64,000 nt of DNA from Octopus vulgaris. Taxonomy: Eukaryota. Positions 53,567 to 64,000 of the stretch are shown here, piece after piece. Numbering within the stretch: the first letter of the stretch is position 1; every line of letters begins with the position of its first letter. The stretch is taken from NCBI GenBank assembly GCA_951406725.2, contig OX597825.1, positions 70,680,001 to 70,744,000 of the forward strand. The letters run 5' to 3'. The position numbers and the translations under genes are program-made. Below the pieces are notes generated by a model that was not told where the DNA came from, made no database searches, and worked only from the letters and a program-made list of their open reading frames with translations.

Positions 53567-55703
53567 GCCATAATTACTCTGGAACACTGTTAATTTGTGC
53601 TTCATTGACGTCTTTCTCTTTCTTCAAGCCATCACGAGGAGCATCTTTCTATATTAAGCATGGACAACTGTTTCCAAAGAAGCAGGCCATATGAGACATG
53701 CTTCATCATGGGGCAGGATGCACTACTAGACAAAAAAAATTCAAGATGATTTTTTTCATTCAGGATGCCTTTCAGAAGGTTATGTGAGGCTGCAGGTAGC
53801 CTATGGATGATCTACATCAATGGCTCTCAACAGGGGCCCACATGGCACTTGGGGTCCACATTGGCCCCTGGGGTTTTACAGAGGAATCTACATAAGATTT
53901 TATTGTTAAGATTTATCAGCTATAAATTGCTTATACATCTACAATACACAAATTTTTTCAACAATTTTTTTTTATGCAATTCCTAATAATATCATCATCA
54001 TCCTTGTCATCGTCATCATTTAGCATCTGCTTTCCATGCTGTCATGGGTTAGACAGCCTGAAACTGCTAAGCTGGAGAACTGCACAAGGTTCCAGTCTGA
54101 TTTGGCATAGTTTCTACAGCCGGATGCCCTTCCTAACACCAACCATTCCTAAAGTGTAATGGGTGCTTTTTACACGCCACCAGCACAGGTGCCAGTTATG
54201 TAACACCAGCACCAGTCACAACTACGATTTCACTTGGCTTGACGGGCCTCCTCAAGCACAACATATTGCCAAAGGTCTCAGTCACTTATCACTGCCTCAG
54301 TGAGACACAATGCTTGAAGTGTGCTTTTATGTGCCACTAGCACAGGTGTCACTTATGTGACACTGGCATCAGCATGGCTATGATTTCACTTGTCTTCATG
54401 GGTCTTCTCAAGCACGGCATAGAGCCAAAGGTCTGCCACTTATCATTGCCTCCATGAGGCCCAATGTTCAAAGATCATACTTTTATGATTTCTTAAACAC
54501 TGAATGGCTAGGAAGGTCCTTCCGAGTAAAATAGGAATTGAAGGGGTCTATAGATAAAAAAAAATGATTGAGAACCATTTCAACATACTTGCTGAACCAG
54601 TCCAATCTCCTTAATCCTTTAGCATTCAGATTTCTTTGTCAAATGTATCACTTATTTATTCATGTTGTTTCCAGTTAATCATGCATTATCATGTAGCTTC
54701 AAGATTTCAATGGTGTGTTTGTATGTTTTTTAGAATGACATTATAGGGTAGGTGTGATAGGTTGGATCTGGTCAGTTTTAACATAAATCAGGTTGAATAT
54801 TTGGGGTCAGATATAGTTAGATTAAAGGCTAAATCACATTCTACTGCAGGCATGGGCTATCTATTAAGAGAAACATGCCACATGAGACATGGTTCATCAT
54901 CAGGTATACTTAAAGAAAAATTACTAGAAAAAATTGGAAGTAATTTTTCTTTAAGTATACCATTCCTTATGGCAGAAGTTTGCAGCGAGCTGGCACAAAT
55001 GTTAGCATGCCGGGCGAAATGCTAAGCAGTATTTCGTCTGCCACTACGTTCTGAGTTCAAATTCCGCCGAGGTCAACTTTGCCTTTCATCCTTTCGGCAT
55101 CGATTAAATAAGTACCAGTTACGCACTGGGGTCGATGTAATCGACTTAATCCATTTGTATGTCCTTGTTTGTCCCCTCTGTGTGTAGCCCCTTGTGGGCA
55201 GTAAAGAAATAAGAAGTTTGCATGTCCTATTGGCAGTAGTTGGCCAAAGACAGCCTTACTGTCTTCAAAAATAAAATATGAGGGAGAATAAAGTAGTCCT
55301 AGATATACAAAAGACTGGGTGGTCACAGGCAGAACACCTTGATTATACATTTGCTGTATTACAGTGCTGATCTGGAGTTAAATAACAACAACAGCAACAA
55401 TTTCTTACATTAGGAAAACAAAGTCACAATCAATTCAACAACAGTACCTTACTGGTACTCCTCTTAACGACCTACCCGAAGGAATGCCAGAAATGGCAGG
55501 ATTTCAACTAAGAATGTAGACTCACATCAAGAGGAAAATTTCATTTAGGAAGTATCGTTTGCATTCAGCATTCTGTACATTTCTTGTTAACTTAATTATC
55601 TAAATTTATGCCACTGGTTCATTTAAGTCATTTTGCTCTTAGTAATTTCAATTTATTTTCAATTTTAAATATTAGTCACTTCCTTGGCTTTAATAATAAT
55701 AAC

Positions 55704-55736
<33 letters not shown>

Positions 55737-56177
55737 AATGATGATGATGATCTTTTCTACTCTAGGCACAAGGCCCGAAATTTTTTGGGAGGTAGGGCAG
55801 TCGATTGGATCGATCCCAGTACAAAACTGGTACTTAATTTACCGACCCCAAAAGGATGAAAGTCGATAGAGGGTCTCACTAGATATCATTTCCCTAATAT
55901 AAAACATCTTTATAATGGAGGTATTGAGGCAGCGTTGAAAGAGGGCCCACCCAAGATACTTTTTATGATGCTGCAGCATAAGAGTCAACAGCAGGCTACT
56001 GTAGATGACTTGTCATGTTTTTTAAGGCTTCTTTCAGTTTCCGCCTACCAAATACCCACCTCACAAGGCTTTGACTGGCCCAGAGCTACAGTAGAAGACA
56101 CTTGCCCACGGTGCCACATAGTAGGACTGAACCCAGAACCACACAACCACACAGCCACATCTACATATATATATATG

Positions 56178-56241
<64 letters not shown>

Positions 56242-57451
56242 GTAAAGGGTAAAGACCCCTTCGGTCATGAATGACCATGGGATTGCACCTAGAAAGTTAC
56301 CCTCCTAGACACAAGTCCGGGCAAGGTTGTTTATGGAAGGCCAGCAGTCGCCCATGCATACCAGCCTCCCCTCTCCACGCCACCAGTGTTATCCAAGGGA
56401 AAGACAAAGGTCGATACAGCTTGGAACCAGTGACGTCGCAACTCATTTCTACAGCTGAGTGAACTGGAGCAACGTGAAATAAAGTGTTTTGCTCAAGAAC
56501 ACAACACGCAGCCCGGTCCGGGGATTCGAGCTCACAACCTCACGATCGTAAGCTCGACACACACACACAAATATATATGCATGTGTATATATATATATAT
56601 ATATATATGATGATCATGATGATATACATATATACATATATATATATGATGATCATGATGATATATATATATATACATATATGATGATCATGATGATATA
56701 TATATATATATAGACTAATGAACTAATTATAAATTATGATTAATATAGCCGTTACTATAAAGGAAACTGTGTCAGGAAGCAGATCTGCTTGAAGAAAATA
56801 CACACACTTTAATTCACTGGCTATCAAATGGCACGTACGCATGTACACACATGCACACACACACAGAGTATCAATTCCCTCAGAAGTGAAACCCTACTTA
56901 AATATCGCTATTTTCTACTCAACTACAAACAGACAAGTCTTGCACACTTTGCAGAATTAAATTCTTAAGCCTATGTTAACCCCACCCAGCCCCACCACAC
57001 CTCAGCGCCAGTTAATTACCAAAAAACAAAACTAATAACATATTTACCACACAGTCACAAGGTCACAAGAAATGTGAGTCGTTGGGGGGGGGGGTGAAAG
57101 GGTAGCATTTAGCTTTGGTAGCACCCCACCTTACCCCTACTTCTTCACTGGTACTTAACTATATGAACCCTGAAAGGATTAGAAGAAATGTCAAGGTCAA
57201 CCTTGAAAGGGCTTTTTAAGTCATGATATACCCATCTGTTTACCTTTTGCTTGCTTCAGTCACTGGATAGCAGCCATGCCAGGGCACCGCTTCAAAGGGT
57301 TCAGCTGAAGAAATCGACTCCAGTACTCCATCTTTTTTATGCCTTGTACTAATTGTAGTCTCTTTTGCCAAAGCACTAAGTTACAGGGAGATAAACAAAC
57401 CAACAACATTTGCCAAGCAATGGGGGAACAAACACACACACACACACACAC

Positions 57452-57770
57452 CAATCTATGCTGAGCTATTGAGGAATCTACAGCTACTCTATCCAGATTA
57501 CAAGTTCAGGTTTATACCTATAATTATTGGGGCCCAGGGATATGTAACACACTGCCTAACTATCAATCTTGAGAAATTAGGGTTTCTCAAAACCAGAAGG
57601 GAGAAAGCTGGTTCAGAGACTACAGATCAAAGCCATCACTGGAACATTAAAAATCTGTAAAACTTTCCAGAAGTTTATCGCTGAAGTATATAGGAGCATG
57701 TCTAGACATGCAACTATATGCATGAGAAAACATACATAAAACAAAACATACAAATCTGCACATATACATA
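57452..57770 (+). mobile_element. RLE-type (R4/NeSL-like) non-LTR retrotransposon 3' fragment, frameshifted
   Basis: YAELLRNLQLLYPDYKFRFIPIIIGAQG; follows (CA)n. Confidence 0.72.
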
Positions 57771-58961
57771 TATACATACATACATACATACATACATACC
57801 TTGTTGATGTTGTTGTAATTCCAACAAAGGAGCCTTCGATCTAAGTTAGAAACCTGATCTTTCTCTATTGCTAAGAAATCTTGAACTAAAACTGAATAAT
57901 GACAGCCAACCAGACACACACACACACACACACTATCAACCCCAGCACATAACTGGTACTTAGTTTATCAACCTTGAAAGAACGAAATACAAAGTCAACT
58001 TCAGTGGAATTTGAACTCAGAACTTATTTTATCAATCCCAAAAGGATGAAAGACAAAGTCAACCTCAGTGGAATTTGAACTCAGAATTTAGAGACAGGGG
58101 TAACTAAGCAATTTGCCCGGTGTGCTAACAATTCTGCCAGGTCACCACCTTAGTAAAACCAACAGATATTAATATCTTTTATCTTTTACTTGTTTCAGTC
58201 ATTAGAGTGCGGCCATGCTGGGGCACATTCCTTTTTATTTTGTTGTTTCGACATTTCTTTCAGTTCACTGGAAGCCATACTGACTTCTGCATTCACACAT
58301 ATTGATGTGACTAAGGTGATACTCCATTCAACACATGGTTGGTCAAACATAGAAGGTCGGCCAGGTCCAAAGGGCCCAACCACCACCACCACCAGCACCA
58401 TCACCACCATTTCTCACCCAAGGCAGAGCAATCATGAGCCGGTGGAATCTGAACTCAGTACACAAAGAACCAGAACAGATACTGTAAGGCAATTTGTCAG
58501 GATGCTCTAGCAATTTGACCAATCTACAACCCTGGGGTATAACTGGTACATAATTTACTGAACTCGTGAAAAAAATGAAAGGTAAAACGAAAGTCAACCT
58601 CAGTAGGGTTTGAACTCAGAACACCAAGAGTCAGAACAAATAATACAAGGCATTCTATCCACCACTATAACATAATGACTCCCTGCCAATTAACTGCATC
58701 GTTGCCTCCTTAATATTGATAACCACAACTGTTTCTAATTTAGGCACAAAGCCAGCAATTTTGAAGGGAGATAGAGGGATCAGCAAATTACATTAACCCC
58801 AGTGCTAGACTAGTACTTTGTCCCCATGGAGGGATGAAAGGGCAAAACTGACCCTGGGGGTATTTGAACCCAGAAACATAAAGAGACGGAAACAAATAAT
58901 ACTGCAATGAATTCTATTCAACACCATAGCATCTTGGTCAATCAATCAATAATAATAATAA

Positions 58962-59111
<150 letters not shown>

Positions 59112-59489
59112 TAATGATATTAAAGTACAAATAGAACCACAATAAAAGATGGGTGTTTGTATAGCAAGATATTCATTTATTTATTTCTATTAGTTAATCT
59201 CATTATTGATGTCATCCTTTTTAGCTTCTATTATTCAAAGCTGGCAACAAGTCTCCATATATATATATATATAATGCATGTCTAGTGAAAAGATTATTAT
59301 TAAAACACACAGAGACCATGCTGCTGCTATGAAGCCAGTTTATTCTCAATTGTAAGCTGTCGATGAAAACACATATCCCAGGAACCAGTATAACTGGCCT
59401 TATGATTTTCTGCTTTATGTCAGCACATAGTCAAAACAGGCTTGTGATTAAAGATGTTCCCGTCATGACCATCCCATCTTTTATTTTGT

Positions 59490-59645
59490 TTCTCTCCTTG
59501 TTTTTTGCTGTGTCCCTTTCTGTAGAAGAGCGTAGGCTCGAAACGTAAAAGACTTTTTCTATTTCTGAGCGTTATACTAATACTTCTGTTTGTTTTGTAC
59601 ACCACCTGTCTTCGTCTTTTGTTTTTTTCCTAAACTCTCCCTATC
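59490..59645 (+). mobile_element. Penelope-like terminal fragment with hammerhead-like motif
   Basis: CTTT-CTGTAGA-A-GAGC-GTAG-GCTC-GAAAC-GTA-AAAG at 59516-59551. Confidence 0.6.
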
Positions 59646-60866
59646 TAGAACTACATTATTTAATACATCCTATCCTACTTTCATGCTATAGAATAATTCC
59701 CAGGTCAATACGTTTCAGCTGTGACCATCCCATCTTGTTGTCAGGTAATATATCCAATATGCCCTTCTTTTATAAAGGTGGAAGGGTTTCATTTGAAGAA
59801 ATCTAGCTGTGGTGTCCAGCAGTTTGAATAACTGCATAGAAGCTCACTCATTGGCTTATTAAAGGAAGAATAATTAATTGTATATGACGAACTAACTGTT
59901 ACTTTCTCAAATGCAGCACGGATTTTTGTCAGTGAACAGGTCGCGGATTTTAGCGACGAAAATATTTTGACAAATTAAACTTAAATGTTGAAGTGAATCA
60001 AACGGCTTTTGTGTGTTTCTTAAATGGCTTACAAACACCTTCCACGCTGCAATAATTAATTGGTTTTATAGTAAGGTATATAAAGGTTAATAAAAGGTAT
60101 TTGGTGAAGGTGAATGGCTCAGTGGTTAGAGCATTGGGCTCACAATCATGAAATAGTGAGTTTGATTCCCAGATCAGGCTGTGTGTTGTGTTCTTGAGCA
60201 AGACACTCTATTTTTCACACTGCTCTAGTTCACTCATCTGTAGAAATGAGTCACAATGTCATTGGTGCCAAGCTGTATCGGCTGCTGCTTTTCCCTTGAA
60301 TAACAACGGTGGAATGGAGCAGGGAGGCTGGTATGCATGGGCAACTGCTGGTCTTCTATAAACAACCTTGCCCAGACTTGTGCTTCGGAAGGGAATTTTC
60401 TAAGTGCAATTCCATGGTCATTCATGACCGAAGGAAGTCTTTGCCCTAGTGAGGTAAAATTTGGCAGATTAGACAAAACAAGGAAAAGTGAAAGGAGTGG
60501 AGTTAGGTGAAGATGGTACAGCTTGCTAGTTCAGTGGAGCAGAAGATGTGGTAGTAGCAGTAGAAGATGCAGAGAGAAAGCATAGGATGTCTTTGAGCCA
60601 GTGATTGTAATATCCGTACAGCATACAGTGTGAAAGTGTTGCTATAGTTTAACCATAGGTCAACCATAATCAAACAGAATTATGATGAAGACATTACAGG
60701 CATGACCATTCTGTCTTCTGGTTGCATACGAAACCACATTAACTAGCACATAATTTCTATATTCAACCTTTTACCATTTAAACTGACTTTATCCAGCCCA
60801 AATATTCTGGCCAGATCTAGTCCCTCACACTAACCCTAAAAAATTTGAAATCTTAAAGTTATGAGA

Positions 60867-60966
60867 NNNNNNNNNNNNNNNNNNNNNNNNNNNNNNNNNN
60901 NNNNNNNNNNNNNNNNNNNNNNNNNNNNNNNNNNNNNNNNNNNNNNNNNNNNNNNNNNNNNNNNNN
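60867..60966. other. Assembly gap (100 N)
   Basis: Run of N. Confidence 1.
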
Positions 60967-61970
60967 CAAGATTTCAATGGTGTGTTTGTATGTTTTTTAG
61001 AATGACATTATAGGGTAGGTGTGATAGGTTGGATCTGGTCAGTTTTAACATAAATCAGGTTGAATATTTGGGGTCAGATATAGTTAGATTAAAGGCTAAA
61101 TCACATTCTACTGCAGGCATGGGCTATCTATTAAGAGAAACATGCCACATGAGACATGGTTCATCATCAGGTATACTTAAAGAAAAATTACTAGAAAAAA
61201 TTTGAAGTAATTTTTCTTTAAGTATACCATTCCTTATGGCAGAAGTTTGCAGCGAGCTGGCACAAATGTTAGCATGCCGGGCAAAATGCTAAGCAGTATT
61301 TCGTCTGCCACTACGTTCTGAGTTCAAATTCCGCCGAGGTCAACTTTGCCTTTCATCCTTTCGGCATCGATTAAATAAGTACCAGTTACGCACTGGGGTC
61401 GATGTAATCGACTTAATCCATTTGTATGTCCTTGTTTGTCCCCTCTGTGTGTAGCCCCTTGTGGGCAGTAAAGAAATAAGAAGTTTGCATGTCCTATTGG
61501 CAGTAGTTGGCCAAAGACAGCCTTACTGTCTTCAAAAATAAAATATGAGGGAGAATAAAGTAGTCCTAGATATACAAAAGACTGGGTGGTCACAGGCAGA
61601 ACACCTTGATTATACATTTGCTGTATTACAGTGCTGATCTGGAGTTAAATAACAACAACAGCAACAATTTCTTACATTAGGAAAACAAAGTCACAATCAA
61701 TTCAACAACAGTACCTTACTGGTACTCCTCTTAACGACCTACCCGAAGGAATGCCAGAAATGGCAGGATTTCAACTAAGAATGTAGACTCACATCAAGAG
61801 GAAAATTTCATTTAGGAAGTATCGTTTGCATTCAGCATTCTGTACATTTCTTGTTAACTTAATTATCTAAATTTATGCCACTGGTTCATTTAAGTCATTT
61901 TGCTCTTAGTAATTTCAATTTATTTTCAATTTTAAATATTAGTCACTTCCTTGGCTTTAATAATAATAAC

Positions 61971-62003
<33 letters not shown>

Positions 62004-62445
62004 AATGATGATGATGATCTTTTCTACTCTAGGCACAAGGCCCGAAATTTTTTGGGAGGTAGGGCAGTCGATTGGATCGATCCCAGTACAAAACTGGTAC
62101 TTAATTTACCGACCCCAAAAGGATGAAAGTCGATAGAGGGTCTCACTAGATATCATTTCCCTAATATAAAACATCTTTATAATGGAGGTATTGAGGCAGC
62201 GTTGAAAGAGGGCCCACCCAAGATACTTTTTATGATGCTGCAGCATAAGAGTCAACAGCAGGCTACTGTAGATGACTTGTCATGTTTTTTTAAGGCTTCT
62301 TTCAGTTTCCGCCTACCAAATACCCACCTCACAAGGCTTTGACTGGCCCAGAGCTACAGTAGAAGACACTTGCCCACGGTGCCACATAGTAGGACTGAAC
62401 CCAGAACCACACAACCACACAGCCACATCTACATATATATATATG

Positions 62446-62509
<64 letters not shown>

Positions 62510-63695
62510 GTAAAGGGTAAAGACCCCCTTCGGTCATGAATGACCATGGGATTGCACCTAGAAAGTTACCCTCCTAGACACAAGTCCGGGCAAGGTTGTT
62601 TATGGAAGGCCAGCAGTCGCCCATGCATACCAGCCTCCCCTCTCCACGCCACCAGTGTTATCCAAGGGAAAGACAAAGGTCGATACAGCTTGGAACCAGT
62701 GACGTCGCAACTCATTTCTACAGCTGAGTGAACTGGAGCAACGTGAAATAAAGTGTTTTGCTCAAGAACACAACACGCAGCCCGGTCCGGGATTCGAGCT
62801 CACAACCTCACGATCGTAAGCTCGACACACACACACAAATATATATGCATGTGTATATATATATATATATATATATGATCATGATGATATACATATATAC
62901 ATATATATATATGATGATCATGATGATATATATATATATATACATATATGATGATCATGATGATAAATATATATATATATATATACATATATGATGATCA
63001 TGATGATATATATATATATAGACTAATGAACTAATTATAAATTATGATTAATATAGCCGTTACTATAAAGGAAACTGTGTCAGGAAGCAGATCTGCTTGA
63101 AGAAAATACACACACTTTAATTCACTGGCTATCAAATGGCACGTACGCATGTACACACATGCACACACACACAGAGTATCAATTCCCTCAGAAGTGAAAC
63201 CCTACTTAAATATCGCTATTTTCTACTCAACTACAAACAGACAAGTCTTGCACACTTTGCAGAATTAAATTCTTAAGCCTATGTTAACCCCACCCAGCCC
63301 CACCACACCTCAGCGCCAGTTAATTACCAAAAAACAAAACTAATAACATATTTACCACACAGTCACAAGGTCACAAGAAATGTGAGTCGTTGGGGGGGGG
63401 GGGGGTGAAAGGGTAGCATTTAGCTTTGGTAGCACCCCACCTTACCCCTACTTCTTCACTGGTACTTAACTATATGAACCCTGAAAGGATTAGAAGAAAT
63501 GTCAAGGTCAACCTTGAAAGGGCTTTTTAAGTCATGATATACCCATCTGTTTACCTTTTGCTTGTTTCAGTCATTGGATAGCAGCCATACTAGGGCACCG
63601 CTTCAAAGGGTTCAGCTGAAGAAATCGACTCCAGTACTCTGCCTCTTTTAGGCCTGGTACTAATTGTAGTCTCTTTTGCATGGGGACGGACGGAC

Positions 63696-63740
<45 letters not shown>

Positions 63741-64000
63741 GACCTATGCTGAACTATTGAGGAATCTACAGCTACTCTATCCAGATTACAAGTTCAGGTT
63801 TATACCTGTAATTACTGGGGCACTGGGATATGTGACACACTGCCTAAATATCAATCTTGAGAAATTAGGCTTCTCAAAACCAGAAGGGAGAAAGCTTATC
63901 TGGAGACTACAGATCAAAGCCATCACTGGAACAGTAAAAATCTGTAAAACTTTCCAGAAGTTTATCAATTAAGTATATAGGAGCATGTCTAGACATGCAA
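60967..64000 (+). repeat. Direct near-duplicate of 54700-57713
   Basis: Initial offset 6267 bp; identical ORFs at 55057/61324 and 55608/61875; starts exactly at the gap edge. Confidence 0.97.
63740..64000 (+). mobile_element. RLE-type non-LTR 3' fragment (open-frame version)
   Basis: YAELLRNLQLLYPDYKFRFIPVITGALGYV...ITGTVKICKTF. Confidence 0.75.

Overview
AT-rich, microsatellite-dense eukaryotic DNA. The SINE/LINE/MITE families and the (AAT)n, (TA)n and (CA)n load resemble an octopus or other coleoid cephalopod genome (inferred, not database-checked). The window lies inside one large minus-strand gene for an unconventional class IX myosin (Myo9). Seven short GT-AG exons (39209 down to 8864) splice in phase into 200 codons of motor domain, from just after switch I to just before switch II. 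I did not find the flanking exons, so both outer introns appear to run off the window. The introns contain tRNA-derived SINEs, RTE/CR1/RLE-type LINE fragments, non-autonomous Helitrons, TTAA MITEs, fold-back palindromes, Penelope-type minimal hammerhead motifs and minisatellites. A 100-N gap at 60867-60966 is followed by a ~3 kb near-copy of 54700-57713. Best leads: (1) an intronic YY1/NRF1/ETS promoter-like island, co-oriented with Myo9, that could give a motor-truncated isoform or a nested gene; (2) an in-frame GC-type alternative donor adding 20 aa before switch II; (3) hammerhead-bearing inverted elements around a perfect (CAA)127; (4) long intronic hairpins next to exons. Most ORFs in the supplied track are microsatellite artefacts.
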